Shown here piece by piece: positions 1 to 14,489 of a stretch of 64,000 nucleotides of DNA. The translations under genes and the position numbers were made by a program. This DNA comes from Adineta vaga. Lineage: Eukaryota > Animalia > Rotifera. Every line of letters starts with the position of its first letter. The stretch's first letter is position 1. The stretch spans positions 4,092,001 to 4,156,000 of the forward strand of contig CP075492.1 of the NCBI GenBank assembly GCA_021613535.1, in the 5' to 3' direction. Below the pieces are notes generated by a model that made no database searches, was not told the origin of the DNA, and saw nothing but the letters and a program-made list of their open reading frames with translations.

Positions 1-1176
1 TATACATATTTAGACTAACAAGCACTTGGTAGGAGTTGTCTAGCAAGAAAAAAAAAGAAATCATAATGACATGTGTTTAGCAGCTGACTTTTGTCTGTTG
101 AATCTATATTGATTGATAATTCCCATCGATCGATGCAATAAAAAAAACAGTCAATTTTTTTCTTTCGACTGTATTGTCTATACATGAAAGACGAGAATTT
201 GGATTCGTAGTTGCTATTTTTGGAAAGTGTATAAATATGTTAGACATGATCTCATGTTATTATGTGTATCACTTTCATCTAATCAATGAAATATTAATAA
301 TTGATTACAGATTGAATCTTCTGGTTTTTTTCTTGTTCGATTACGTTCTTTATCCAATCTATAAATGCACTGATGGTTTATATTAATGGAATCTATCTAA
401 TTTATCATCAACTGTTAACTAATCAACGAGGTTATTATCAACGACTAATATTCATACAATAATGACAAAATCAATCAATCTGATATATATTTAAGAAAGG
501 ATTGACAGAAAAGATATGTTGTTTATGTATTCATAAAATATAATATCTCAGAGGAAGTAATCTTTAATAGTATAGGAACAGAAGGTTTCGACCAAGTATG
601 TGTGTAACTAATTAATGATGAAGGTTACTTTTTTCTTCCGGATCAGATATGATATTATTGTCATACCTAGCATTTAGAACTGTTATCATGTCAGATGTAA
701 AATGACATCATGCGCTGTATGTATCGTCTTTTTCTTGATCGATCCTTGTGGTAAATAGAATGAATGATATAGACCGAACAGGTATAATATGGCAATGACG
801 ATCGTCTCTTTTCTTCATTCATTATTGATCAGATAGAAGAAGAGAGAAAAAAAGACACAAGATATAACACTATCAATATACAAACAAATATTTAGCCTAT
901 TCTCTATCGAAATACATAGATCCTTCTTCTTCTTCTTCTTCCTTTCCTTCTTCTCGATACTCATAGTCAACGTTAGGAGAAGAACAAGAGAGAAGAAAAA
1001 AAAAAGGAGCTGTTTCTCTTTCTCTGCTTGTTCGCGTTGTCTATGCACATAATCGTTGGCGTTCTTGGCCAACATACACATATACACACAAATACAACGT
1101 CGAATCGTTTCACAAGCACCAATTTCTTTTGTATTAAATCCTTATTGATTGCAATCTTCAAGGAGACAAAGACGAA

Positions 1177-4100
1177 ATGAGTTTTTTTATCGATAATTGT
1201 TGTTTAAAACTGAATTATCTTGTTTGTGGTTCGAATGAATCTTCAACAGAAAAGAAGAAGAGAAAGTTCAAGTCTCGGGTAAGTCTCATCTTTTTTTGAC
1301 ACAAGGGAAATTTTGAACATATTGATTCATATACATAGGAGAAATATTCTGATCACCGATCATGACTAAATCACATGAGACCATTAGAAGATCTGCGTTT
1401 TTTCTTGACATGAACCATTGACTTGAGAGAAAACAGTTATTCAATAAGGAATATGATTTGATTGCAGAAGTGTTTCTTTCCTATATGGTTTCTTAATCAT
1501 GTCTATCGAGAAGCCTACTTTAAAAATTAGAAGAAAAGAAGAATTCTATTAGAAATTGACTTTGATCGAAAAGAAGAAAAAAAAGAAACGAATACTTGAT
1601 TATGGCATCAAGATAAAATCGCTTGGAGATAGTTAATTGAGCTTGAATAAAATAAGAATATGAACAATGGCTTAGGAAGCTCGTGTAAACATCTTCATGC
1701 ATATGCGTCCATATTTGCCTACGGACATGATATAGTGATGGTGGGATGCCATTAAGTACTCTATGTGTGAACGTGCGAGAGAGAAAGAACAATAATTATG
1801 TCATGTTCTCAGATGCAAGGCGGAATGCTGCTAATCGGTCATATATGTTCTACGCTTCGCTAGTTCTCACTGTTTTCTTATCATCGTTTTAACCAATAAT
1901 CTATTATAAAACTGATCATTATTTCAGGCTAAAATTTTTCATCAACATTGCCTATATTAATTCTATTAGTTGCCGTTCTTCTTCTTCTTTTCTTTTGTGT
2001 ATTTTTCGATGACAACTGAAAGTGACAAGGATAGTAACGAGAGAAAGATATGAAACGTTTGACACTAATTCTCATTTACCCTTTTGAAACTAATGCAATA
2101 AATGAAGTTCTTTTTCTCCAATTATTCGATCTGTCATCAACTAGTAGCCTTTATTAGAGAAAACAATGATTCTCTATGTTTGATGTCTACATCTGATCTT
2201 TATCATCCCGATCGTCCGTCATGTCGTGTTTCGTCTCCTTTCCTACTTTTTTTTTTATTATTGAGACATGTTTTTTCTAACAATTGATTGTGACATTTCG
2301 TACATCGTTTTTTTTATTCTTCTTTATAATAATTGTTTAGCGACAAGGTATTATGAACAATACTAGTTCAAATAACAAAGTCATTAATCGAACTGAACCC
2401 ACACCTATCACTTCATATCATCAACACTATGTCAATGTCACATCACCATATTACACGATACAACAACAGAACAGGTAAATGTGTGCGTATGGCTTTACCA
2501 AAAAAGATAAGAGGTCATGCAATGCATTTGTTCAATGGGACAAGTCACCTTGACAAATCTAAGAAAGAAGAAAGGAGCGACATTTTTCACTTGACAATGA
2601 CTTTGATAAATGGCAATTTTCTTTTTTTTTTATTATACTGATAGAGATCTATGAAGTTGTACATTTCATTTTGTTCTTTACTATTGAACGACCATTAAAC
2701 AAACGTAACGATACTGATGTCTAATGAACATGATTTTTTCGATATTATATACACATTGAAATCAAAGTCAATGTATATTACTTCAATCAAATAAAACATA
2801 AGGTCATTCAATTTTGGCCTCATGCTCTAACTTGAAGTTTCGCTCTCTTGCATCTGTTTTTTTATCCTTTTCCCGAAAAAAAAAGCAAATCAAAAGTGAT
2901 ATACTTATGATTCTTAACGAGATTTGACCTTTGAATAAAGATGAATATCAATGATTACGTCGTCAAGATGGATCAGATAAGACTATTCGCCTTAAACCAT
3001 TTTTCACCTTTTGATCTTTTCGACAAATTGAATTTGTTATAATAATGATAAAAATAAACTCATCGTTTTCTCTTTTAGTATTACAAAACCATTAAATTAT
3101 GAACAGATTCCTCTTCATTCAACACAACCAAGAAGATATTCTCATGAATCTTCATTGAATTCTTTTATTGATCATCGTTTATCTTATCGATCGTCTTCGA
3201 TATTAAGTAATGGAATAATAATAAAAGTAAGTTACATCTTTCTATTGATTGATTCGATTGATTAAATAACAAAAGAAAAGAAGACAAAGTCACGATATAG
3301 TTCGATAACTAATCAACGTCTTTTTATTTGTGATCTAATGAGAAAAAAGATCACCTGCTGAGTTTCATTATTTCTTGTTGCTTGTTTTCAATTATATTGA
3401 AAACTTATTCATTGTATTCGTTGACCTTGTCTATTAGTCAGGAGATCGGAAATCGATAGTCTTTTTCTATTCTTTCAAATAAAACGATTTTTTATGTTAA
3501 TATGTAAAACGACAAATCGATAATTTCTTATTTAGAATGTCATTCTTCGTCGAAATCATCCGAATGAAAGATTAGGATTGACTCTTTGCTATGGTATAAC
3601 ATCAAAATCCACAACTAATATTTATATTCAACAAGTAGAGATCATTTTTCAACTTTGCATTCTCTTTCTCATTTAATGATGAATAGGTTGATAAAGAGAG
3701 TATCGCCGGTCATCAGGGTGAACTTCGTAGTGGTGATCAGATTATTAAAATAAACAATCATCGTGTTACAAGTCGAGACGAAGCAATCAATCTCGTCAAT
3801 GGCGCTTGTCGTATTCTTTTACAAATAGTTCGATTCGAAGTAAATTATTCTTCTATATTCATTCAAGAATAGAATCTTTCTTTTCTCTTTGAAAAAATAA
3901 ACAAATTAGTTTTCAAAACCAAATTTCTTTACAATTCCATCCGAAATACCATTGACCGAAGATGATAGTGGTGTTATGCTTGCCTGTAATACAGATCTTG
4001 ATATGAACAATGATTGGATGTATCAAGTAATGATAGGATTTAGTCTTTGTTTGAATAAACATTTCTTATTCCTTTAGAAATCACTCTATGAATGTCAAAG

Positions 4101-4896
4101 TCTAATAAAAAGTTGTATTAGTTTATCGTCAACTCCGTTAAATCATTGTTTAAACTGTCGTCGTAATCAATCCTATTCTCGTCAATTTCAATATCGTCGT
4201 TGTTTATCATTAAATGATCTAAGACCATGTTCATTTTATGAAGAGAAAATTGATCAGTCAAAACAATTAATTCGTTCACAAAGTCTATTTGGTACAACAA
4301 CTGATAATGAACAAGTTATTCTCAAACCACTTCCATTCAATCATCAACAGCAAGAAAATTCAGTACGCCGAGAAGATAGTGATAGTGGTTTAGTATGTGG
4401 TCGATCTCGGTCGAATGATTCACATCATTCTCGACATAATCAAAATCAAAATCAAAATCAATGGACATTAAAACATTTTCGACGTCGATATCGTGAACAA
4501 CGTTTGAGAGAACAATATCAAACGACAGATGATGAACCGATGAGTGAATTAAAACAAGGACGTTATTGGACACGACAACAACGAAAAGAACATTTAGCTA
4601 AAGCAAAACAATATCGTGAACGAGCAAAATTCTTTCAACAACATTCAGTTGCACCATGTTCGGATTCAGCAACAGATGATTTTAATTTATTAAATCGAAT
4701 ATTTATTCGTGAAAATCAATATGAATTACATCAAAAACCTTATTTAGCATATAAATATGGTCAACAATCATCACTCGAACGAAAGAAATTAAAACGAATG
4801 ATTCAACAACATTATTTTGATCGAATTCGATCTCAATCAACTACAACTGTATCGATTTCTAGTACAATTGATCAACCTTCGATGGTTCTTCTTTGA
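1177..4896 (+). CDS. PDZ-domain protein of the PDZD4/PDZRN3-4/Slip1 family, no RING seen; 7 exons (1177-1278, 2341-2474, 3079-3226, 3536-3634, 3687-3839, 3910-4026, 4078-4896)
   Basis: In-frame GT-AG exon chain read by hand. PDZ domain (ERLGLTLCYG...IYIQQV...GELRSGDQIIKIN) and the family C-terminal motif TTDDEPMSELKQGRYWTRQQRKEHL. Confidence 0.8.
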
Positions 4897-5546
4897 CGCG
4901 TGTTTTTTTTCCTTCTTTTTGTATCAAATGAACAGAAAAAAAGAGAGAATTATTTAATTGATTAAATTAATAAGAGAAAATTCTGCTGAAGAAAAGCAAA
5001 ATTGCCTCAACATCTGATAAAACGTGGGTATGCTTAGCCTTTTTCAGTGTACAAATTTTTACAAAGATTCTATTTCAGAAATGATAAAGAGAAAATAACA
5101 ACAGGAAATATAAGAATATGAGGCATACCTATTGTCAGTTTCGTTATTTTTGTTCTTTTAAGTTCGGATTATTAATAAAGATTAGAATAAAAATAATTTT
5201 AATAATTGATAGAGTTCAATATCGTCGTTATTCTATCATTAAATGATCTAAGATGATGTTCGTTTTATATTTGAGATATTTGATTCAAAATAACAAGCGC
5301 GATTGAATCAGAAATGATAAAAAAAGATGTGAAAATAGAATTTAATTTTCGATTCTGATATCTAAGATTTGAAAAAAAAGAACGAATCAAAAGTGGTTAT
5401 GAATGATGACCTTATCGTTACTAATATAGGCAATATGTTCATTGAAATTGTGTTATGTGTTGTTAAGATCAAACCATGCCCTCTGTTGAATGGTTAAATT
5501 AGAAAAAAAGAAACGAAAGGAAGGCAAAATGCAAACGGCATAGCAG

Positions 5547-5570
5547 ATTGGTTGTTTCTAACGAACCAAC
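5547..5570. promoter_or_regulatory. Inverted CCAAT-type dyad ATTGG-N14-CCAAC upstream of eRF3
   Basis: About 145 nt upstream of the ATG. The same spacing occurs at 10277, 36491, 46025 and 51608. Confidence 0.55.
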
Positions 5571-5713
5571 AAATGTCTTTGAGTGAATCATTGCAATTCT
5601 TACAATCGTTTGTTTCTTTCGCAAGTAAATAAAATATTTCACTTCTTTCGTAACAAATACATTTAAATACAGTACGACCAATCCGGAAAAATTCGAAAGA
5701 AAATATTTTAATA

Positions 5714-8153
5714 ATGGCCGAACCTCCAGCTAGTTGGGATCAACAAGACGATGAAAATTCAGCTTTAGCAGCAGCTGCATTAAAATTCGGTGGTTTAAAT
5801 GTGAATGCAATGGAATTTGTACCAACGTTTGGTTCTGGATTTTCATCTGCTCCAAAACCAGCACCTGTCCCTCAATCTGCAGTTCCAAAAACTCCGCCAT
5901 CGACACCGGTTATATCGCAACATACGACTACTACCAATATTCCTGAAGATAAAAAGGAACAAACTGAACCGGTAATCAAAACAAATGAATTAAATGTTCA
6001 ACAACAACAACAAGTGAAACCACCAGTAACGACTGCAGGAGAAATATATTTTGACGATACTTCTAAAGACGATAGTGAAAGTGAGTTATTATTATATCAT
6101 TATGAATACATGCGTATATTGGTGCGAATAATTTTCTAGGAGTACTTGATGACATAACAACAGGTACGACAGCAGCTAACAAACCGGGTACACCTACAAC
6201 CTCAGCAGTTCCAAAAGAAAAGAAAAATGTTGTTGTTAAACGAGATATTATACGAAAGAAAGAACCGATCAACATTGTTTTCTGTGGTCATGTCGATGCT
6301 GGTAAATCAACTATCGGTGGTCAACTCATGTAATATTTATTCATGTTTGGATATTGAAAAATATTCTACCTTGAAATTTTATTCTAGGTATCTGACAGGT
6401 CAAGTTGATCAGCGAACTTTGGATAAATATCAAGCTGAAGCTCGTGAAAAATCTCGTGAATCTTGGTATTTATCATGGGCATTAGATACAAATGATGAAG
6501 AGAGAGAAAAAGGAAAAACAGTTGAAGTTGGTCGAGCTTGGTTTGAAACTGAAAAGAAGCATTTCATTATTCTTGATGCACCTGGTCATAAATGTTTCGT
6601 ACCAAATATGATTGGAGGAGCAGCTCAATCTGATATTGCTATTCTTGTATGTAAATCTTTCTTTTAGTTTTAATCATTTGTAGTGTAATCATCCTTTCTT
6701 TTTATAGGTCATTTCAGCACGAAAAGGTGAATTTGAAACTGGTTTCGAACGTGGTGGACAAACACGTGAACATGCTATGTTAGTTAAAACTGCTGGTGTT
6801 CGTTATTTAGTTGTTCTTATCAATAAAATGGATGATCCGACTGTCAATTGGGAACAAGCAAGATATGATGAAATCAAAGATAAATTAATACCTTATCTCA
6901 AAAAATGTGGTTTCAAACCTGGTGAAGATACTATCTTTATGCCATGTAGTGGAATGAGTGGAGCTTTTCTCAAAGAACATCCAGGTGAACAACTTGTACC
7001 CTGGTATAAGTGAGTATATAGTGACACAGATGAAAGAAGATTAAATACATGGAAACATTTGTATGCTTGTAGAGGACCAACATTTATTGAATATTTGGAT
7101 AATTTACCATCATTTAATCGAAGTATTGATGGACCATTTCGTATGCCTATTGTCGAAAGATACAAAGTATGTTTGTATTTCTCACTGATCAATGATAGAA
7201 AAAATCATTGAATGTATCTTTTTGAAAAGGAAATGGGTGTGATTGTAATGGGTAAAATTGAATCTGGATGCTGTCGAGTTGGTGATCGATGTATCGTAAT
7301 GCCCAATCGAACTAAAGTTGAAGTAACAAATATCTATTATGAAGAAATTGAAACCGATTCGTGTGTGTGTGGAGAGAATGTTCGATTAAAATTAAAGAAT
7401 ATTGAAGAAGAAGTTCGTATTCTTTTTTTTGTCTTTTGATTAGATGAAATGATTTTTGAAATTTGATTTTGTAGGAAATCTCACTTGGATTTATCTTATG
7501 CGATGCTCAACAAGAACCATGTGGTGTTGGAAAAGTCTTCGATGCACAAGTAAATATCTTTGACAAACATGACGAACAGCGTTTCGAAGCTTTACTAGTT
7601 AACTTCTGTAAAGTGAAAGTTAATTGTTTGTGAGATATCGATCGGGAAAAGGACTAGAATGTATGACTAGTTGTTAATCTTTGATTATGTCCCTATGTTC
7701 TCAGATATCTTGCAACTCATTGGAAATATTTGAGCAATAAATAATCATTCAAAACAAATGTGAGTCTGAATGATCATAGAGAACCTCTAAGCCATGTATA
7801 TAAATATACGGCACAAAGTATATGTTTATTGTTTAATATAGGTTGCTATTCTTGAACACAAATCAATCATATGTCCTGGTTATACTGCTATTCTTCATAT
7901 TCATGCTGCAGCTGTTGAAGTTCAATTAAAAAAATTGATCACTTTAGTTGACCGAAAAACAGGTGAAAGAACTCAAGAACATCCTCGTTTCATCAAACAA
8001 GACCAAGTCGGTATTGCTAGATTTGAATTAGTTCAATCAGGTCAAGCAATTTGTATGGAACCATTTAAACGATTTCCTCAACTTGGTCGATTCACTTTAC
8101 GTGACGAAGGTCGAACCGTTGCTGTTGGCAAAGTTCTGAAAATAGTCGAGTAA
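5714..8153 (+). CDS. GSPT1: Eukaryotic peptide chain release factor 3 (eRF3/GSPT), intact, about 8 exons
   Basis: PAM2 motif LNVNAMEFVP; GTPase motifs GHVDAGKS, DAPGH and NKMD; C-terminal GRFTLRDEGRTVAVGKV. Confidence 0.95.
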
Positions 8154-8351
8154 AAACATTCTTTTATTTATTGTTATTTCATATTTATATTCTTTCTGAA
8201 GACAAAGAGAAAAAAAACCTTACTATCGATAAAATTTTTGTTATGCATCTGATTTTGAGAAGAACATCAAATAAAAACAATTTTGAAAAAAAACAAACGA
8301 TATTTTGTTTTCTTGTGTTTGCAGAGTTTTGTTCTATCTTTCTCTCTTTCT

Positions 8352-8990
8352 GATGTTATTTTCACGTTTATTAGTTCCACGAATAAAACTGAATGTTGTT
8401 TGTCGATTGAAGTCCATAGATAGAAACTTACTTGATGAATTAGTTTGAATCAAATCCAAATCATTGCAAATGAATCCAAGATACAAAGTGATTGTAAAAT
8501 AAATCATATGTTGATTATTCTCTTATTTTTCCTGTGATATTATTTGATAAATTCTCTTGTTATCTGTTATCGTGGAAAGATCGCAATCATAAACAACAAC
8601 AACATCGAGTTCATGTTAAACCTCGTCTAACAACACAAATTGTGGTTGTAAATGAGTTTTCTTGAAGAAAGAAAGAAAGAAAAAACAAATAAAATTTGTT
8701 CTCTATAGGATATTGAAAGTGTTTGTAGTCTTGATTTTACTTCATCACACATCAACTGATCAATTGTCAATACAACTACAGAAGATAAAAATCATTATCA
8801 AGTTAAGCAATGGAATTCATGTGAGGTTGATCTTCATGGAAGATATAATTTCATCAAAACATTCAGTCAAGTTTCTTCTATATATTGTCAATTCTTCGTG
8901 TGGTAACCCTGATTCTCTTTTAGTTATCTGAAAATTTATCCACAGTTCCATTGAATGACGCTGATGTTCTTCTTGTTGAACACACAACAT
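8352..8990 (+). pseudogene. Degenerate TEFM copy A
   Basis: Homologous to 11810-12530. In-frame TGA near 8446, internal deletion, truncated near 8990. Confidence 0.8.
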
Positions 8991-9168
8991 ATTGTTATTT
9001 AAATCCCTACTTTGCTCTAATAGAGAAATGGAACAGTACGATAGGCAAGTACAAAAAAAAACCGAATACAAAGATGAAGAAGTGCGAGAAAAAACAGCAC
9101 CAAGAATAAGTGAAACAAAAACAACAGCAAAAAGAGAAATAAACAATGGGTGTTGCATATTAGAAATG

Positions 9169-10044
9169 TTAATTTTTTTGATTTTCTTCAGGCTTTTTGA
9201 GATATTTGTATATTAGATCACGCTCTTTAATGGCAATATCACGTTCGTGTTTCATCAAATGATATTGTTCTGTTATTCGTGCAATTTCAAGTTTTAACGT
9301 ATTTCGCTGCATCCTCTCGACTTTTAGTTTAAGCTCAAACATTTCTATCATTTCTGTTGGTGTCATTTTGCTATGTAAAACCATTTTTTCATGTTTACTA
9401 TCTGTCGACTAAAAGAGGAGCAAAGGAATTAAAAAATGAATTGATGTGCAAAATTTTCATAAATTGCAAGTTGCCTTGTTTGAATAAGCTAATTTACGAT
9501 TTGCACATGAATCCATTGTATTCTGAAAATGAGAGTGACATAAACGTTGATATATACGTTAATCCAGAGAGAGAGAGAGAAAAAAAAAGAAAACTATCGC
9601 TTTCTCGTCGAAAATGTTGACTGTTTGATGCTTTCCGTTCATCCTGTCTAGTCGAACATTGAGTTGCTGCAGAATCTTCGTACACACGAAAACTAGTCAT
9701 TGAAAACTTTTTTGGGATAGTTTGGATAAGAATTATTATATGATTTAGTTTTGTCTTCACTGGTGCCATGTGGTTCATTGATAAGATGTTTTTCCTTTTC
9801 AGATGAATTTGTATCATCATGATTCAACGTCTTTGATGAGAGTATACTTGTTGAACTTCCTCATCAACACTACGGTTAACGGATATTGACATCTGATGGT
9901 ACAAGTCGTTGTGGGCTTCACTATCGCTGCCTGAAATATCATTCTACAATCTGACTTTTATATAGAATTTAACATACTAGAAATCAGTGCAAGAGCAGTG
10001 ATAGCGTTTGTCGCTTCTTGAGCTGCCTTTCTATTATTTTTCAT
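9169..10044 (-). pseudogene. Possible spliced gene or remnant of an unknown coiled-coil protein
   Basis: The last exon encodes a heptad-like stretch (EMFELKLKVERMQRNTLKLEIARITEQYHLMKHERD). Upstream exon-like segments have splice sites but contain a frameshift or stop. Confidence 0.3.
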
Positions 10045-10229
10045 AACTAAAAAGTATCCGAAAATGAAAAAATGTATATCTTAAATCTTACAGATTTTTG
10101 CTTCATTAAAATATTTTCGAGAAAATATCATTGATTTTAAAGGAATGAGCATTTTTCTTTATTTGTATTTTTTAAATTTTCATTGAATCAATTCTTTTAG
10201 ACTATATAATGACCTCTTTTGAACAACTA

Positions 10230-11615
10230 AATTAGAACAGAAAGAAAGGAAAGGCAGAGTACGAATGATGCAACAGATTGGTCGTTTTCAATAAACCAAC
10301 AAGTGTGGTCAAATGAATCATCTAAAATATTACAATAGTATGTTCCTTTCGTTTCTTTCACAAGTAAATATTTCACGTTTTTCAAAAGAAATACACTTAT
10401 ATAAAGAGAAACTAAGCTGAAAAACAGGAACATCCAGCTAATTGGGATCAACAAGAAGTTGAAAATTCTACATTATCATCAACTACATTCAAATTAAGTG
10501 GATTAAATGTGAATACAGTGAAGTTTGTATCATCGTTTGGTCAGTTTCAAAAACTCCACGTTCGACACGAGTTGTATCTCAACACACAACAACGACAACC
10601 ACTACTGAAGATAAAAATCAACAGATAGTAACTAATGCAAGTGAAAGATACCTTCGAAATATTTGCAGCGATGATAGTGGAGAGTAAGTTACTTTCCATT
10701 GTCTAGATATGCATATGTTTATCATTACAAATATCCAGAAGTATTCGAAGATGGAACAAAAACCATGACAACAGCGAATAAAACTGGTACACCAAGTGTT
10801 TCAGCAGCTCCAAAAGAAAAGAAAAACATTGTTATTAAACAAGATATTATGCGAAAGAAAGAACCACTTAATATTATCTTTTGTGGTCATGTCGATGCTG
10901 GAAAATCAAAAATCGGTGGTCAACTTGTATCTTCGTATAAGTAAGTATATTCATTTATGATATTCTATTCAACATACATAAATCATTTTTGTTATTGTAC
11001 AGGACCAATATTTATTGAATATTTGGATGGTTTACCATCATTTAATCGAAGTATTCATGGTCCACTTCGCATGTCTATTATCGAAAGATATAAGGTATGC
11101 TTATTGATTCAACTTTTTGAAAAGATAAATGATCGATAATAAAAACTATGTTTGTTTTCATTAAAAAAAGGAAATGGGCGATTGAAATTAAAGAATGTTG
11201 AAGAAGAAGCTCGTATCCATTCTTATCAATACATTGAATTACTTTTGTAGAAAATCTCACCTGGATTTATCTTATGTGATGCTGCACAAAGAAATATCGA
11301 GAGAACGATAATTGTGAATGAACTCATATGAAGTAAAAGATAGTTATTTTGAAAATATTGATTGAGAAGAAGATTAGACTATTTTCTGATATATCATTCA
11401 TGAAAAGAAGTACTTGAGTATTGAATAATCATCATGGATAAACATACATGTTTTTTTTTGGTTGTTTCATGTAGGTTGCTATCATTGAACACAAATCAAT
11501 CATATGTCCTGTTCAATTTTAAAAATTAATCACATTAGTTGATCGAAAGACAGGTGATAGAACTCAAGAACATCCACGTTTCATCAAACAAGATCAAGCA
11601 ATTTGTATGGAAATG
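10230..11615 (+). pseudogene. Degenerate eRF3 copy, including its upstream region
   Basis: Remnants PANWDQQ, KEPLNIIFCGHVDAGKS, GPIFIEYLD and EHKSIICP. Start codon lost and several large deletions. Confidence 0.9.
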
Positions 11616-11809
11616 TTCTTTTATTTATTGTTATTTCATATTTATATTCTTTCTGAAGACAAAGAAAAAGAAATCTTATAATTGATAAGATTTTTGTTAT
11701 GCATCTGATTCTAAGAAGAACATCAAATAAAACAATATTCAAAAAAAACTAAACTCATTTTGTTTTCTTGTGTTTGTAGATTGTTTTTTTCCTCATCCTT
11801 TTCTCTCGA

Positions 11810-12898
11810 ATGTTATTTTCACGTTTATTAGTTCCACGAGTAAAACTGAATGTTGTTTGTCGGTTAAAGTCCATAGATAGAAACTTAGTTGTTGAATTAA
11901 ATCAAATCAAATCCAAAGATCTTTTGAAAATATTCAATGAACAACAAACAAAAGATTTTCTTCAATTGAGAAGGTCTCTAGGTGGTAAATTTCAATCATT
12001 GCAACAATTTCAAAATGAATCCAAGATACAAATTGACTGTAAAATAAATCATACGTTGTTTATTCTTTTTATCTTTCATATGATTTTAGTTGATAAATTT
12101 TGTGGTTATTTGTTAACGTTAAAAGATCGAAATGATAAGCAACAACATCGAATTCATATCGAACCTCGTCTAACATCACAACTTGCCGCCGTAAATGAGT
12201 TTTGTCCATGAAAGAACAAATCGAATTGGTTCTCTCTAGGATATTGAAAGTGTCTGTAGTGTCGATTATACATCATCGCATATCAATTGGGCAATTGTCA
12301 CTACAACAACACAAAATAATAATCATTTTCAAGTCAACCAATGGAATTCGTTAGAAATTGATATTTCTCGAAGATACAGTTTCATCAAAACATTCAATCA
12401 AGTTAGTTCTACATATTGTATTTGTTATCATTGTTTTAAATTGAAACGTTTTTCTTTTAGTTATCCGAAAGTCTTTCAACCGTTCCATTGAATGATGCCA
12501 ATGTTCTTCTCGTTGAACAAACAACATATCGTTATCCAAATATTAAATTAGCAACTTATGTCTCTCAAATACAACAAATTCGTGCTATACTCAATACCAT
12601 ACTTCATTGTCAATTGCTAACTAAACGTCCGATTTATCATATATCAGGAAGAGATGTAGCAACACGTTTTGGTTTATTTATTGGCAATGAACAGTCGAGT
12701 GCTGAGTTTTTTCTGACGAATCTGATATTTAATAATATCAATGACAAACAAATGATATCAATGGATATTGATCATCAACTGAAAACGAATTATCATGAAT
12801 CAACGAAAGGACAACGAGAACCAATGGCCCAATGTTTGTTGAGAGCATTAGCTTTTCTTCAATCTGTAAATCAGAAAAAAGCTGAATCTCCTAAGTAA
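11810..12898 (+). CDS. TEFM: Mitochondrial transcription elongation factor TEFM-like, intact copy B, 4 exons
   Basis: Basic presequence, HhH-like segment (RRSLGGKFQSLQQF), pseudo-RNase H fold with VATRFGLFIGNEQSS and REPMAQCLLRALAF. Confidence 0.75.
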
Positions 12899-14073
12899 AA
12901 AATAAATCTGTATTCGAAAAAATTCTTTTTTAATTAATTGTCTGTACTGAATCGATGATGTAAAAGAAATTCGAAGTTTATATCTTGAGGGGGTTTTAGT
13001 ATTGATGGTGGTGATATCGATGACTGGCAAGGTCGAAGCCAGATGTTGTAGTATTTTTAATAATGCGTGCTGTTGTCGCAACAAAGCCGGACAGCAAGTT
13101 CGTGTCGGGATAAATATAATTAACGCTTAACAACTTCAACCGAATGGAGGAACTTGTGAAGGATGTGAAATTGGCTGGAAATGCTGAAAACATACTTTTT
13201 ATACGAATAAATCTTAAGACTTCTTTCAAATATTTTTCCACTTGCTTGAAGAAAAAGTTGTTTATAGAAATTGAAATCTTTTTGTTACATAGTTATACCG
13301 GAATATTCTTTTTCGTTCATTTATGATTGAATAAAAATCCGGTGTATTTCTTCATAAACTAAGTTCATAAACGATGATAATTATTTGTCATTTATCATAT
13401 TCAAATTGAGAATAAGTATGTCTTCTATTTGCCATCTCTCTCGCTATATATATATATTGATTTCTTCTATTAGTTAAACATTATACTTGAAGTAACCTTA
13501 TAATCTATAAACCAAGTATAGATATGGAATACTCGTAGTCGAAATATAAGACGAAAAGATATTTCTAGAACTTTTCTATTGAATAGAATTCTAAGAAAAA
13601 GGTCGAAGGTATTTTTCAGTCGATTAATATTTTTGTCCTGATAGTTTATACCAAAGGCAATCTTATGAAGCTTTTAATATTAATTTCTTCCAGATACTCA
13701 ATTTCGCATAATTATATTCTAATTTTATGAGAAACACTTTAAAAAAGCATATTCAATGCTAAAAATACTATAATCTGTACTTGAAAAAGTCCGTACTTCT
13801 TCATTCTAATTATGTGACGCATAAATAATAATATGTACAAACCTCAAAGCTAAAGGGTTTATGTCCAATGGAAATGCACTGGAATTCTAATGAGAATTTA
13901 ATTTTAATGATTATAATATAATAAAATCTTTATTTTAAAAAGAAAAAAAATCCTCAATCAAATGATATCAAATAACAATTTATTTTGTTAAGATATATAG
14001 GCATAGATACGACTTCTTCTTCTTATCTTATTCTCTTCTCTACGAACTTTTTCATTCAATTAAACATATAAAG

Positions 14074-14489
14074 CAGAGATGGGCAAGTCAAGTCATTTTT
14101 GACTTGAAACAAGTCAAGTCAAGTCCAAGTCTGACTTGACTTGACTTGACTTGACTTGAGTAATACTATGACTTGACTTGACTTGGGCTTTCCCCTGTAG
14201 GTCAAATTACAAGTCAACCACGGAAAACCGATCTAATTATGTGTGTCATTCATCTGTTAGATAAATTATGCATAACTGCCAGCTTAGTCAGATTTCGTAG
14301 CTACTTTTCGACCTAATTTATGTTACAATTAGGTCAAAAAGCACGTGACTTAGGAAGCATTACGACTTGACTTGACTTGGGAAGCATTGCGACTTGACTC
14401 GACTTGACTTGGAAATTTTTTTGATAGCTATTGACTTGACTTGACTTGACTTAGGTTTTTGTGTCAGTAACTTGACTTGCCCATCTCTG
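14074..14489. mobile_element. Non-autonomous hAT-type MITE, 416 bp
   Basis: Perfect 20-bp TIR CAGAGATGGGCAAGTCAAGT. Perfect 8-bp TSD ATATAAAG at 14066-14073 and 14490-14497. Internal arrays of GACTT/AAGTC pentamers. Confidence 0.95.

Noticed and set aside
12960-13330. ORFs downstream of TEFM
   Set aside because: No recognisable family, and stops occur in the plausible frames.
14085-14480. GACTT arrays as a CRISPR array or telomeric repeat
   Set aside because: No unique spacers; the arrays are enclosed by the TIRs and TSD of a MITE.
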